A DNA stretch of 32,000 nucleotides from NCBI RefSeq assembly GCF_000011805.1, contig NC_006841.2; one strand, given 5' to 3'. Every line of letters starts with the position of its first letter. Position 1 is the stretch's first letter. The notes below the pieces were generated by a model, which worked only from the letters and a program-made list of their open reading frames with translations, was not told the DNA's origin and did no database searches. Position numbers and translations under genes: made by a program. This document shows, one piece after another, positions 1 through 10,345 of this stretch. The stretch is from Aliivibrio fischeri ES114 (GTDB lineage Bacteria > Pseudomonadota > Gammaproteobacteria > Enterobacterales > Vibrionaceae).

Positions 1-431
1 TACCTTTACTTAGCTTGGCTATCTCTGTCTCTTTTGCTAGCTATATCGCCATAAAAAAATTGGTCACATTAAACACCTTTGGTGCCATTTTCTTTGAACA
101 TATTATTTTTGCTCCCCTAGCCCTATTGTATATAACAACCCATTCATCTGGATTATCTTCAACAGAATGGGGATTGTTAGTGGGGACGGCTCCACTGCAA
201 CTGCTGCCTATTTTGCTACTGACCATTTCATTACTCAAAACACCATTAAGTAAAATCAGTTTATTGCAATACATTGAGCCGACATTCCACTTGGCATTAG
301 CATTGTGGGTTTATCATGAGCCTATTTCTTTAGGTCAAAAATCAGCACTGATTATTGTGATTATCTCCATTATGATCGCCTCTCTAAAAACAAGAAAAAA
401 GATAAGCATTGAGAGCATTAATAAAAGCTAA
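1..431 (+). CDS. rarD: RarD-type EamA-family transporter, C-terminal part (5' truncated by window edge)
   Basis: Frame is open to the window edge. AISVSFASYIAIKK...LQYIEPTFHLALALWVYHEP... matches the RarD C-terminal half; multiple TM segments. Confidence 0.8.
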   Translation, partial: PLLSLAISVSFASYIAIKKLVTLNTFGAIFFEHIIFAPLALLYITTHSSGLSSTEWGLLVGTAPLQLLPILLLTISLLKTPLSKISLLQYIEPTFHLALALWVYHEPISLGQKSALIIVIISIMIASLKTRKKISIESINKS

Positions 432-1287
432 TTGGTAAATAAAAATCTAACTCAAACTCTTCGTTTTCATTTAAAAAATGGTTTTTGTGGTAACGAACGT
501 AAGCCGGTGTTGATCTCAATTTAAATCCCGACGCCGGCAACCATCGCTCCAATACGTGACTAATCTGTGGAAGAAGTTGCCCATATACACCACTTAACTT
601 AAATACGCCGTGTAAACCACCAGGGATCACCATTTGATTCACGACACCACGATATTTAAGTGGTTTATCTATCGCTATACACGCGACATATCGGCATTTA
701 GCTAATTCAACCCATGCAGGGTTAGAATGATGCAAACCAAATTGAGTTGAAAAGTCACGCTCTTCTGAATTTGCCCACGCTTTTAATATTAACCATGCAT
801 TTCGAATAGAACGATTGTAACCCTCATGCCTCACATAAGCGGCAAGTCTATCTTCCACCTCAATAATCTTTGGCTGCGGCAACGGTTTATCTGCGACACT
901 GACATAACCTGCAGCAATTTCATCGTCTTTTAAATACGGTTTATCCGAAACTTGTAAATCGTGTTTTCTCCACTCCCCTGGTGCCATACCAAACGTAGAT
1001 TTAAACGCACGACTAAAAGAAGAAAGTGAACTAAATCCACACGTATTTGCAATATCTAGTACAGATGATTTTGTATCAAACATCAATTGGTTTGCGGCAT
1101 ACTCCATTCTTGTACGACGAATATATTGATGAATGGATTCCCCCACCACTTGTTTAAAGATTCGATGAAAATGTTGTTCAGAATAAGCAGCAACATCTGC
1201 TAGCTCTTTCACTGCAAGCTCTTTGCTAATGTCTTTGTGAATATAAAATAAGACATCATTAATTCTTGATAGATGTTGTCGGCTCAT
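418..1287 (-). CDS. AraC-family transcriptional regulator with C-terminal GyrI-like (effector-binding) domain
   Basis: ORF 418..1335. Likely start is the internal Met at 1287 (MSRQHLSRINDVLFYIHKD). Two HTH segments (ELADVAAYSEQHFHRIFKQVVGESIHQYIRRTRMEYA; VLDIANTCGFSSLSSFSRAFKSTFGMAPGEWR), then a GyrI-like region. Confidence 0.88.
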   Translation of the reverse strand: MSRQHLSRINDVLFYIHKDISKELAVKELADVAAYSEQHFHRIFKQVVGESIHQYIRRTRMEYAANQLMFDTKSSVLDIANTCGFSSLSSFSRAFKSTFGMAPGEWRKHDLQVSDKPYLKDDEIAAGYVSVADKPLPQPKIIEVEDRLAAYVRHEGYNRSIRNAWLILKAWANSEERDFSTQFGLHHSNPAWVELAKCRYVACIAIDKPLKYRGVVNQMVIPGGLHGVFKLSGVYGQLLPQISHVLERWLPASGFKLRSTPAYVRYHKNHFLNENEEFELDFYLPISFY

Positions 1288-1387
1288 GATTGAAAAATAG
1301 CATAAATGGACATATTTATAAGCATAAACGGACAAACAAAGTTATACAACGCCTTGTACTATCGGATCAGTTAAAAAATATTATTTT

Positions 1388-2554
1388 ATGGGAACATATA
1401 TGGAAATCGCTCATTCTCTGCAACAAATTAAATCCTCTTACATTAGAGAAATTCTGGCTGCGGCTTCAGACAAAAACGTCATTTCTCTTGCTGGTGGGTT
1501 ACCTGATGAAGAGACCTTTCCCATTGAAATAATGAAACCAATTCTTGAAAGCTTATCTGATATGCCAGATGTCTTTCAATATGGTGCAACAGCAGGTTAC
1601 GCCCCACTTTTAGAGTTTCTTACACAGAAATTTGAATTGCCTGAAAACCACTTACCAATGATATGTACTGGCTCTCAACAAGGACTAGACTTGATTGCTC
1701 GAGCTTACATTAACCCGGGCGATACTGTGGTAATGGAAGCACCTAGCTACCTTGGTGCAATGCAAGTCTTTGGGTTAGTTCAAGCAAGTATTTCCACCGT
1801 ATCTCAAACGGAGTTTGGACCTAATCTTGAAGAACTAGAGCAATGCTTTATTCAAGAGTCTCCGAAAATGTTTTACGCGGTTCCTGATTTCCACAATCCA
1901 ACAGGTGTATGTTGGTCATTAGAAACCCGTAAAAAAGTGGCTGAATTGTGTATTCAGTATAACGTCGCTTTTATTGAAGACGCTCCTTATCGCGAACTTC
2001 GTTTTACTGGCGAAGCGCTACCAATGGTATCCACTTTCTGTCCTCAAGATTCAATTGTATTACGCTCTTTCTCTAAAATAGCCTCTCCAGGTTTACGTAT
2101 TGGTGTTGTCACAGGTAAAAAGAGTTATATCGAACCATTAATTAAAGTAAAGCAAGGTGCAGATTTACACTCAAGCGTACCTATGCAAGCCCTGTTACTT
2201 GGCTTACTAAAACATGAGAAATTTGAACAGCATATGCAAACCATCCAAACGCTTTATAAACAGCGTTACGATGTTTTATACAATGAACTTAAAGTCCAGC
2301 TCCCGGCACAATGTGAAGTCAACTCCGTCGATGGTGGCATGTTTATTTGGGTATCATTACCAGATTGCGATACATTTGAACTTGCCAGCACATTGATCGC
2401 CAATGGGGTGGCTGTTGTTCCGAGCCCTGTGTTTTATCCAAAACCAGAAGGCAGCCCTGCAGCTTTGCGACTAAACTTTACTAATGCTAAACCAAATGAA
2501 TTAGTAGAAGCGGTAAATCGTTTAACAAACGTATTGAATAAGTCAGTCAATTAA
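1388..2554 (+). CDS. PLP-dependent aminotransferase, MocR/2-aminoadipate aminotransferase (LysN)-like class I/II
   Basis: VISLAGGLPDEETFP, YGATAGYAPLLEFL, CTGSQQGLDLIARAYINPGD, SFSKIASPGLRIGV (Schiff-base Lys region). Confidence 0.9.
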   Translation: MGTYMEIAHSLQQIKSSYIREILAAASDKNVISLAGGLPDEETFPIEIMKPILESLSDMPDVFQYGATAGYAPLLEFLTQKFELPENHLPMICTGSQQGLDLIARAYINPGDTVVMEAPSYLGAMQVFGLVQASISTVSQTEFGPNLEELEQCFIQESPKMFYAVPDFHNPTGVCWSLETRKKVAELCIQYNVAFIEDAPYRELRFTGEALPMVSTFCPQDSIVLRSFSKIASPGLRIGVVTGKKSYIEPLIKVKQGADLHSSVPMQALLLGLLKHEKFEQHMQTIQTLYKQRYDVLYNELKVQLPAQCEVNSVDGGMFIWVSLPDCDTFELASTLIANGVAVVPSPVFYPKPEGSPAALRLNFTNAKPNELVEAVNRLTNVLNKSVN

Positions 2555-2590
2555 TCTTATTCAAATTCTTATCTAAAGAAGTGAAATAGT

Positions 2591-3715
2591 ATGAAAATAT
2601 TCAGCAATTTTGAAAGTGGCAATATTCATGTAGTAACGGCGGAATCGCCTAATGATATTCAATTGACTATTCCTGCCGATAATCAAACTGAGATCTCCCA
2701 ATGGTTTCATTTTCGCTTAGAGAGCCAGCCTCAGCAAGAACATAACTTCAACATATTGAATTTAGCAACATCAGCCTATCCAGAAGGTTGGCAAGATTAT
2801 GATGTTGTCGCGTCTTATGATCGTGAAGAATGGTTCCGTATTCCTACTGAGTTTGATGGTGACACGCTAAGCTTTAACGTAATTCCAGAATACCGTTCAA
2901 TGTATTTTGCTTACTTTGCTCCCTACTCATACGATCGCCATCAAGATCTATTACACGGTGCACAAACCCATCATAGCTGCCAATTAGAAACTCTTGGGGT
3001 CACATTAGATAATAATGACATCAGCATTTTAACCATTGGTGAGCCTGCAGAAGGTAAAAAGAACATCTGGATCACTGGTCGCCAGCACCCAGGGGAAACC
3101 ATGGCTGAATGGTTTATTGAAGGTTTACTGCTTCGCTTGTTAGATGAGACCGATACAGTAGGTCGCGCTCTGCTTGATAAAGTCGTGTTCCATATTGTTC
3201 CTAACATGAACCCTGATGGCAGTATTCGTGGTCACTTACGTACTAATGCCATTGGTGTGAACTTAAACCGTGAATGGCAGACACCATCAATGGAAAGATC
3301 ACCTGAAGTCTTTTTAGTACGTGAACGTATGTTGAAGACAGGAGTTGATATGTTCTTGGATATTCACGGTGATGAAGCGATTCCATATAACTTTGTGGCA
3401 GGTGGCGAAGGCATTCCATCATATGATGACCGCATTGAAGCTCTTGAGAACACATTTAAGCAAGCATTACTAACCATTACGCCTGAGTTCCAAGATGACA
3501 TTGGTTATGACAAAGATGAACCGGGAACCGCTAATTTAACGGTGGGTTCAAACTGGGTTGGAGAGCAATTTAAATGTCTCTCTTACACGGTTGAAATGCC
3601 ATTTAAAGATCATATTAGCCATGCTGATGAGCTATATGGTTGGTCCCCGGAAAGAAGCCTCGCCTTTGGCCAAGACGTTTTAAGTGCAATTTGGGCAACC
3701 ATTGGAAAACTGTAA
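2591..3715 (+). CDS. M14-family zinc carboxypeptidase, cytosolic carboxypeptidase-like
   Basis: N-terminal beta-rich region, then WITGRQHPGETMAEWFIEGLL (HxxE zinc ligands), PNMNPDGSIRGHLRTNAIGVNLNREW, DIHGDE, and a C-terminal YTVEMPFKD catalytic Glu region. Confidence 0.87.
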   Translation: MKIFSNFESGNIHVVTAESPNDIQLTIPADNQTEISQWFHFRLESQPQQEHNFNILNLATSAYPEGWQDYDVVASYDREEWFRIPTEFDGDTLSFNVIPEYRSMYFAYFAPYSYDRHQDLLHGAQTHHSCQLETLGVTLDNNDISILTIGEPAEGKKNIWITGRQHPGETMAEWFIEGLLLRLLDETDTVGRALLDKVVFHIVPNMNPDGSIRGHLRTNAIGVNLNREWQTPSMERSPEVFLVRERMLKTGVDMFLDIHGDEAIPYNFVAGGEGIPSYDDRIEALENTFKQALLTITPEFQDDIGYDKDEPGTANLTVGSNWVGEQFKCLSYTVEMPFKDHISHADELYGWSPERSLAFGQDVLSAIWATIGKL

Positions 3716-3720
3716 AAATA

Positions 3721-3750
3721 AAAAAGCCGATCTTAGTAGATCGGCTTTTT
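3721..3750 (+). terminator. Rho-independent terminator
   Basis: AAAAAGCCGATCTTAGTAGATCGGCTTTTT: GCCGATC...GATCGGC stem and T tract, directly after the M14 gene. Confidence 0.9.
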
Positions 3751-3798
3751 GATAAAGTTCCATTTTATGTTCACACTTCATAAATTAAATAAATGCCT

Positions 3799-4062
3799 TT
3801 AATTAAAGTAATTTTCTAAAATTAGATTTTCATAATTTTCAATCCAATTCGAATCTATGACATTAAGGATATTAATATCAATTTTTGATACATGTTTCTT
3901 TTTGTGTGTTAACGAATATAAGGATACATAAAGATAACTAGAATCACGTAGAAAAAAACCAGACTCATATGATAGCGTAATTATGGTCCTCTCTGTTTTA
4001 TATTCAACAACTTGCATACGACTCCAAAAAATAAATGGTCGCGTATTGTTGCAGATGGGCAT
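3799..4062 (-). CDS. hypothetical protein
   Basis: 87-aa ORF in an otherwise unoccupied interval; no recognised domain. Confidence 0.4.
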   Translation of the reverse strand: MPICNNTRPFIFWSRMQVVEYKTERTIITLSYESGFFLRDSSYLYVSLYSLTHKKKHVSKIDINILNVIDSNWIENYENLILENYFN

Positions 4063-4136
4063 AATTTATTAATAGCACCTCAAAAGAATAAACTTAATAA
4101 AATGCTATTATCATAATTAGTAATGTTTATAAGAAA

Positions 4137-4796
4137 CTACTCATTCACCTTAGACTGAATTTCATTTCCGGCTTCTTTTAATAAATTAAATGGTGACATG
4201 ATTACCCCTTTTACCGCACCTTGAGTCGCTTGTTGAGAAAGTTCTTCTGTTTTATCAATGATTTGATCTGCTTTTAGCATAATAGGAGGAACTTCTTTAC
4301 GCAGCTTTTCAGACTCTTTTAATACCGCAGGAATCGTTGTTATGCGGTAACCTTTACTTTCAACAAACGCTTTTGGGAATACCTGTTCACGATAATTTTT
4401 CAGTTCAATTAATGTATTTGGTACTGTCTCTTTATTTACTGCATTCATTACAGTAATAACTTCTGGTAATGATTCAGTTCTGATAGATTGCACTTCATTA
4501 AGAATCAATGGAATTTTGCTATCAACAGAAGCAACTGTTTGATTAACATCATTAATGGTATTTTTGACTTCATTGACTAACTCAAGAGCTTGAGGCGTTA
4601 ACTCTTCAAGATGCTGAGCCAAAAGTAACCATTGTTCTATCTCTAACTTATCAGCCGTTTTATTTACTTCTTTCATTAATTCTGGATATTGATCCACAAC
4701 CGTATTTATTGAGTGTGTAAAAGAGTAAATTGTATAACCTAAATAAAAAATAGAACTCGCTAATACAAGTTGTATCGCCATTCCCAATCGAGCCAT
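4137..4796 (-). CDS. conserved-type membrane-anchored hypothetical protein with long helical region
   Basis: 219 aa; N-terminal TM (MARLGMAIQLVLASSIFYLGYTIYSF), then a charged, probably helical/coiled-coil body. Confidence 0.75.
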   Translation of the reverse strand: MARLGMAIQLVLASSIFYLGYTIYSFTHSINTVVDQYPELMKEVNKTADKLEIEQWLLLAQHLEELTPQALELVNEVKNTINDVNQTVASVDSKIPLILNEVQSIRTESLPEVITVMNAVNKETVPNTLIELKNYREQVFPKAFVESKGYRITTIPAVLKESEKLRKEVPPIMLKADQIIDKTEELSQQATQGAVKGVIMSPFNLLKEAGNEIQSKVNE

Positions 4797-4867
4797 AACG
4801 TATTAATCCATAAATAAAAGATAGAACTACTTTACGTTATTAGTTACTAGAAATACATGAATAATCG

Positions 4868-5251
4868 TTAAGCTAACGCAAGTAGTATCCCACCAACTGT
4901 TAACGCTGCTGACACATATTGTCCTGCAGAATAAGAAGTATCACCTTCTTCCTCAATCGCATCCGGATGATTAATACCCAACGCTCCATGAGCAAACGAT
5001 TCAACTTGGTCGGAGACACCTTCAGTTTCTGATTGCTTCAGTTTACTGTCTTTTTCTATTTCTTGTAGTGCACGTAATAACGCTTTTCCTTCAACTGATA
5101 AAGAAACAGTATCATGCTGCACACTTAAAGCATTCATTGAAACAGCAGAAACAGGAACTGAATTTAACGGCATTCTAGGCTTAGGGTATGTTGTTAACCC
5201 CGCTCCTGTTTGAATTCCATTTATCATGATGTTGCCCCATAGATTAATCAC
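4868..5251 (-). CDS. hypothetical protein with C-terminal hydrophobic segment
   Basis: ORF of 127 aa; likely starts at an internal Met (MNGIQTGAG...). C-terminus SAGQYVSAALTVGGILLALA. Confidence 0.65.
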   Translation of the reverse strand: MINLWGNIMINGIQTGAGLTTYPKPRMPLNSVPVSAVSMNALSVQHDTVSLSVEGKALLRALQEIEKDSKLKQSETEGVSDQVESFAHGALGINHPDAIEEEGDTSYSAGQYVSAALTVGGILLALA

Positions 5252-5432
5252 CTACTTCTTTATCGGTAGAACAACAAAAATCTGCTCTTTTTTTATCGAA
5301 AAGCACTTTGTTATTAGAGCTTTATCACGATTATTTTGTAAACATAATTGAGTTTCTTTTTATTTTGTCTTGATCTTCTTTAGCAGTACCTCTATAGTTA
5401 ATCGTAATTTCACGATTGATATACGAGTAAAC

Positions 5433-5774
5433 ATGACAGTTGAATGTAAAGCGACAAATAAAAGTTCTTTTTCAACATCAGAACAAGAACTACAGTTAGA
5501 AACACACTTTGCATCATTAGCAAAAGCACTCGCTCACCCTGCTCGAGTTCGGATTTTAAAAATTCTATCAAACTTAGAAAAAGCAGGAGGTTGTTTAAAT
5601 AGCGATCTGGTTTCTGAACTTGGGCTTGCTCAATCAACCGTATCTGAACACTTAAGAGTATTAAAACAGGCTGGATTCATCACAGCAGAATCCATCCCAC
5701 CTAAAATGTGTTATCGAATAAACCGCGAATGTATTTCATCATTTGATCAGTTAACTCGCTCTATCTTGATGTAA
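5433..5774 (+). CDS. arsR: ArsR-family metalloregulator
   Basis: LAKALAHPARVRILKILSNLEKAGGCLNSDLVSELGLAQSTVSEHLRVLKQAGFI, a classical ArsR winged helix. ORF opens at 5370; the internal Met at 5433 (MTVECKATN) is the likely start. Adjacent to the arsenite permease. Confidence 0.88.
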   Translation: MTVECKATNKSSFSTSEQELQLETHFASLAKALAHPARVRILKILSNLEKAGGCLNSDLVSELGLAQSTVSEHLRVLKQAGFITAESIPPKMCYRINRECISSFDQLTRSILM

Positions 5775-5782
5775 TACGAATA

Positions 5783-5810
5783 ACGCCGTTTAGATAATGG
5801 CGTATTTTTT
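5783..5810 (+). terminator. probable Rho-independent terminator between arsR and the ACR3 gene
   Basis: ACGCC-GTTTAGATAAT-GGCGT stem followed by ATTTTTT. Confidence 0.65.
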
Positions 5811-5864
5811 GACATTCTCAATCGCAATTCGACGATGTACGATTCAATAAAATAAGGAACCACC

Positions 5865-6917
5865 ATGCAACCTAAACTTAGCTTCTTAGATAGATATCTT
5901 ACACTCTGGATTTTCCTAGCCATGGCCATTGGTGTATTGCTTGGAGTTCAGTTTCCACAAATTGCTGAATGGAATGAATCCATGTCAGTTGGTAGTACCA
6001 ATATTCCTCTAGCTATTGGTTTAATACTTATGATGTATCCACCATTAGCTAAAGTAAATTACAACCTACTTGGTACCGTTGTAAAAGATAAACAAGCCGT
6101 TACTCTTTCTCTTATCATGAACTGGATTGTCGGTCCTATTCTAATGTTTGCTCTTGCCTTAATCTTTTTAGGCGATCATCCAGGTTATATGGTTGGGATC
6201 ATTCTGATTGGTTTGGCTCGTTGTATTGCAATGGTATTAGTTTGGAACGATATTGGTGGTGGTAATAAAGAGTATGGTGCAGCCTTAGTAGCTATTAACT
6301 CAGCATTCCAAATTGTAACTTATAGCTTTATGGCGTGGTTATTTATCAGTGTTTTACCTCCTGTATTCGGTTACGAAAGCATGGTTGTAGACATTTCTAT
6401 GATGGACATCGCCCACAGTGTTTTAATTTATTTAGGTATTCCATTTTTAGCTGGTTTTTTAAGTCGTAAAATCTTGGTTTCAGCAAAAGGGGAAGAATGG
6501 TACAACACTGTTTTCATCCCGAAAATTTCACCAATTACACTTATCGCATTACTTGGTACTATCGTTCTAATGTTTAGTTTAAAAGGTGAAATGATCCTTG
6601 AACTACCAATGGATGTAGTACGTATTGCGATTCCATTGACTATTTACTTTGTTTTAATGTTTTTCTCTAGCTTCTTTATTGGTAAAAAGATGGGGATCCC
6701 TTATGACAAGAATGCTTCAATTGCTTTTACTGCGACAGGTAATAACTTTGAATTAGCCATTGCCGTTTCAATCGCTGTATTTGGTTTAAACTCAGACCAA
6801 GCATTTGCTGGTGTTATTGGCCCTCTTATCGAAGTACCAGTGCTTATTGCATTAGTAAACGTTGCATTAAGAATGAAAGATAAGAAAACAGAAAAGCGGC
6901 TTAAATATATCCTTTAA
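5865..6917 (+). CDS. acr3: ACR3-family arsenite efflux permease
   Basis: 350 aa, about 10 TM; [58 protein letters not shown] are typical of ACR3. Confidence 0.93.
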   Translation: MQPKLSFLDRYLTLWIFLAMAIGVLLGVQFPQIAEWNESMSVGSTNIPLAIGLILMMYPPLAKVNYNLLGTVVKDKQAVTLSLIMNWIVGPILMFALALIFLGDHPGYMVGIILIGLARCIAMVLVWNDIGGGNKEYGAALVAINSAFQIVTYSFMAWLFISVLPPVFGYESMVVDISMMDIAHSVLIYLGIPFLAGFLSRKILVSAKGEEWYNTVFIPKISPITLIALLGTIVLMFSLKGEMILELPMDVVRIAIPLTIYFVLMFFSSFFIGKKMGIPYDKNASIAFTATGNNFELAIAVSIAVFGLNSDQAFAGVIGPLIEVPVLIALVNVALRMKDKKTEKRLKYIL

Positions 6918-6920
6918 TCA

Positions 6921-6958
6921 AAAATAGCCTTTAGCTTTCACTAAAGGCTATTTTTTTA
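6921..6958. terminator. bidirectional Rho-independent terminator (acr3 / chemoreceptor)
   Basis: AAAAATAGCCTTTAGCTTTCACTAAAGGCTATTTTTTT: AATAGCCTTTAG/CTAAAGGCTATT stem between convergent genes. Confidence 0.9.
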
Positions 6959-6975
6959 TCGTCTCATAAAGATAA

Positions 6976-8850
6976 TCAATTCATCTTAAAGAAATCGAGT
7001 TCGGTTTTTTGTGCTACCGCTAATTTCGATAACTCATCCGCAGCTTGCTGAGTCTGATTAATCGCTGATACATTTTGTGTTACCAAATCAAACGTTCTTG
7101 TTGTATTTTTAGCAATATCTTCCGTCACACTGAATTGCTCTTGTGAAGCTGTTGCGACTAACGTGTTGATATCAGAAATCGATTGAACTGAGCTGACGAT
7201 ATCATTAAATGATGTTTTCACACTTTCAATAAGATGCACCGATTCTTGAATAGATGTGACATTTTCCATCATATTTTTATTTGCATTTTCAGACTGAGCC
7301 TGTAGCTTGCTAATAATCTCCTGAATATTACTCGTAGATTCCTTTGTTTTAGCTGCTAGATTACGAACCTCATCAGCTACCACGGCAAAACCTCTTCCCG
7401 CTTCACCGGCACGTGCAGCCTCAATTGCTGCATTTAATGCGAGTAAGTTCGTTTGCTCTGAAATACTGCTGATAACGTCCGTCACTTCACCAATATTAAT
7501 TGCATCATCACGTAATACAGAGATCATTTCTGCGGTTTGTTGTACAGATTCATTAATATCAACAGTCAATGCGATCGAATTATCAAGTGTATTATGTCCA
7601 TTTGATACATTTGTTATTGCTTTTTGTGCTTCTTCTTCCGCCTGAGCGGCATTTGTTGTCACTTCTTTTGAAGTACTCGATAGCTCACTGATCGCAGTAG
7701 AAATTTCTTCAACTTGTGCCAATTCATGCTGTGAGTTCTTAGCAGTATCAGACATGACGACAGCCAGCTCTTCTGAAGCTGCTGATACACTATTTGAAAT
7801 TGAATGGCTTGATGTCACTATTTCTGACAACTTCGAGCTTAAGGTAACCACTGAACGGTATATACCTGTATCATTATCTGATGCCACTAATTGCTGAGAT
7901 AAATCACCTTCCGAAATATTAGATAGAATTTCAGAGATGTTCTCTGGTTCTCCGCCAATTGGTTTATAGATTAAATAGATAACACCATAATAAACAATCG
8001 CTAATGAGATAATAAGAAGTGAAAAGAAGATGATAATTGAATTCTTTAACATCACCATACTAGGAGCGTAAACGTCATCCTCGTATTCATACATGACAAC
8101 CGTCCAATCATAACGAGATAAATTATCAGCACTTGCCAGAACATAATCATCGTGGTCAATGTCATAAAAACGAGTATTGCCAGAATCAAAATCGACTAAT
8201 TCAGGTTCAACATTTTTTATGTTCTTACTAACGTCATCAGGATTTTTCGCAGCAATGATATAGCCTAAATTATTATAGGTAAATATCTGTCCTCGCTCTG
8301 TGAGCGTCCCAATAAACGCATTTAAAACATTCTGCTCAATCCCTATAGCCACAACAGCGACAACCTTACCATCACTTAAAATAGGTACTGCAAATGCAAA
8401 TACATTTACTCCATCCGTATTTTGATACACATCAGTGATGATCTCCTTTTCACCAGCAAAGCCACGTACAAACCATTCGCGTTTTACCTCCTTAGCATTA
8501 AAGTTAGGAATAAACTGGCCATTTTCAAAAGTAAGTCCTGACTCAAATGCGATAAAGGCACTATTGGTATCATTATTTTCTGCTAATTTTCTCAAATCCT
8601 TTGTTGTGGTGACTTCATCTAGTCTACCATCAGGGTGATAAGATATAGAAAATGTCCTCAATGATGAAAAGTAGCCATCAAGTTTTTCTCCTAACGATAC
8701 CGATATTAATTTAGATCGATCTTCCGTCGATTTAGTTATCAGATCTTTATTTATTTGACTGAATTCATTAAAACCATTCCAAGTTAAAGCACTCGCTATC
8801 GAAACCAATAACACGAATATAAATAATAATATTTTATTCTTTAACAACAT
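6976..8850 (-). CDS. methyl-accepting chemotaxis protein, dCache-type periplasmic sensor
   Basis: N-terminal TM, large periplasmic domain, second TM, HAMP region, signalling tip [38 protein letters not shown]. Confidence 0.95.
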   Translation of the reverse strand: MLLKNKILLFIFVLLVSIASALTWNGFNEFSQINKDLITKSTEDRSKLISVSLGEKLDGYFSSLRTFSISYHPDGRLDEVTTTKDLRKLAENNDTNSAFIAFESGLTFENGQFIPNFNAKEVKREWFVRGFAGEKEIITDVYQNTDGVNVFAFAVPILSDGKVVAVVAIGIEQNVLNAFIGTLTERGQIFTYNNLGYIIAAKNPDDVSKNIKNVEPELVDFDSGNTRFYDIDHDDYVLASADNLSRYDWTVVMYEYEDDVYAPSMVMLKNSIIIFFSLLIISLAIVYYGVIYLIYKPIGGEPENISEILSNISEGDLSQQLVASDNDTGIYRSVVTLSSKLSEIVTSSHSISNSVSAASEELAVVMSDTAKNSQHELAQVEEISTAISELSSTSKEVTTNAAQAEEEAQKAITNVSNGHNTLDNSIALTVDINESVQQTAEMISVLRDDAINIGEVTDVISSISEQTNLLALNAAIEAARAGEAGRGFAVVADEVRNLAAKTKESTSNIQEIISKLQAQSENANKNMMENVTSIQESVHLIESVKTSFNDIVSSVQSISDINTLVATASQEQFSVTEDIAKNTTRTFDLVTQNVSAINQTQQAADELSKLAVAQKTELDFFKMN

Positions 8851-8926
8851 CCATTATCCCTTTTGTTCACTATTTTAATATAAAAACTCACCTTACATTA
8901 ATTAACTAATATCAATACAAAACCAG

Positions 8927-9127
8927 TTATTGATAGTTTATATCAATACCTCTCTCACAAAGTAGTTCATTATTAACATCTACAAAAAAATCAATACCAA
9001 AAATAGTGTTGATAAAATAAATTTCTTCCAATGTTAATTCATTTATCACGCTTATCATATGTATGCTTTCATTTGCATTATATATAATCATAGGCCTTAC
9101 TTTCTGTTTGTTATATTTATTAGTCAA
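8927..9127 (-). CDS. hypothetical small protein (weak call)
   Basis: 66-aa ORF in a very AT-rich intergenic region; no recognised domain. Confidence 0.25.
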   Translation of the reverse strand: MTNKYNKQKVRPMIIYNANESIHMISVINELTLEEIYFINTIFGIDFFVDVNNELLCERGIDINYQ

Positions 9128-9353
9128 TTCATATTCTTTACACTTCGAATTATATAAAAATCAAGGAAAATAAACTAATAATGATGGATAATTTATATAT
9201 AAAACCTTTAAAAACAACATTATATAAAATATAATCATCATACATTCACAATATTAATTTATAATGACAATATTGTTAATTGTGATCAATGACTGATTTT
9301 TTATAAATTCTAAGTGTTATCTTTGCGATAAATCAAAAATAATTTGTAACGTT

Positions 9354-9836
9354 ATGAATTTAAAGTTTAAAAATTCCTTATTAATGCTAGAAGATAGGCC
9401 AAAAATTCTCATAAATAATAAAAGTTATGTGATAACCATTCCCGAAAGTAAGATTCTCAAATTACTTATCGAAAATAAAAATACATCAATAACTAAGACT
9501 GAACTCATTGTAACCGCATGGGGACACCCTGATTTTATAGGCCCTAACTCATTAGCTGTTGCTATATCTAACATCAGAAAAATAATTGAACATGATGGGT
9601 TAATATTAAAAAACATTCCTAAAGTTGGATATAAACTAATAATAGATGAACCACTAAAACATCAAAACAGAACAGTAAACATTAACAATAGAGAGCGAGC
9701 ACTTGATAATGTTACACTCGCTAAAAACAGTGCAATTATAACGAAATTAACATCGTCACCTATTCAAATACTTATATTCTCAACCTTGACTTACTTTGTC
9801 TTATATTTGATTCACTCATGGGTCCTAATTAATTAA
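9354..9836 (+). CDS. membrane-bound winged-helix regulator of ToxR/CadC/VtrB type, lacking a sizeable periplasmic domain
   Basis: N-terminal OmpR-type winged helix (ITKTELIVTAWGHPDFIGPNSLAVAISNIRKIIEHDGLILKNIPKVGYKL), then a single C-terminal TM (PIQILIFSTLTYFVLYLIHSWVLIN). Confidence 0.85.
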   Translation: MNLKFKNSLLMLEDRPKILINNKSYVITIPESKILKLLIENKNTSITKTELIVTAWGHPDFIGPNSLAVAISNIRKIIEHDGLILKNIPKVGYKLIIDEPLKHQNRTVNINNRERALDNVTLAKNSAIITKLTSSPIQILIFSTLTYFVLYLIHSWVLIN

Positions 9837-9838
9837 AA

Positions 9839-10297
9839 ATGAACAAACTAAGCTTAATTAAAATAAATATTTTTATTGCCACTATAATGCTACTTCTGAT
9901 TTCTATTTCTTTTGTTAACGGCACAGGTTGCAATTACAAGATGAATCTTATTGATAGTAAGAATCCGAACTTTCAGATAAAAATGACCTGTTTTAAAGGG
10001 AACTACGTCGCTTTACAAACCTTAAAATATGGCGATAGCACTTCAAAATGGAAAATTACAGCACGGCAATTTAACTTGTTTAATCAAGTCATTTTATACA
10101 TAAACAAAAGAAGCCCGTTGGTTAAGCCTACCTATAACAACAAATTAGACGACTACAACCAGTTAGTTTTTGATCAACGCTTACTATTTTATGCTTACAA
10201 AATAGACAAAAAGAAAAATATTATTACAGTATACGAAGATTTTCCCGAGAGGCGGGCTATTACAACAGAATTCACAGGAAAAATTAGTCAATGGTAA
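9839..10297 (+). CDS. small membrane/periplasmic partner protein (ToxS/TcpH/FidL-like in arrangement)
   Basis: 152 aa; N-terminal TM (IFIATIMLLLISISFVNG), two Cys in the exported part. Starts 3 bp after the stop of the membrane-bound regulator. Confidence 0.75.
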   Translation: MNKLSLIKINIFIATIMLLLISISFVNGTGCNYKMNLIDSKNPNFQIKMTCFKGNYVALQTLKYGDSTSKWKITARQFNLFNQVILYINKRSPLVKPTYNNKLDDYNQLVFDQRLLFYAYKIDKKKNIITVYEDFPERRAITTEFTGKISQW

Positions 10298-10345
10298 TAA
10301 AATAACTGCCATGACATTACGTACGAAAGAGCTTATATGGTAACA

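Noticed and set aside
1290-3455. Extra ORFs 1290..1532 (+), 2214..2396 (+), 2971..3207 (-), 3243..3455 (-)
   Set aside because: They overlap or lie inside well-supported genes in another frame and have low-plausibility protein sequence.
5410-5929. Minus-strand ORFs 5410..5637 and 5747..5929
   Set aside because: Antisense to arsR and across the arsR-acr3 terminator; no coding features.
9267-9276. ACAATATTGT palindrome upstream of the ToxR-like gene
   Set aside because: Short AT-rich palindrome expected by chance in this composition.
8435-9616. ORFs 8435..8638 (+) and 9425..9616 (-)
   Set aside because: Antisense to the chemoreceptor and to the ToxR-like regulator respectively.
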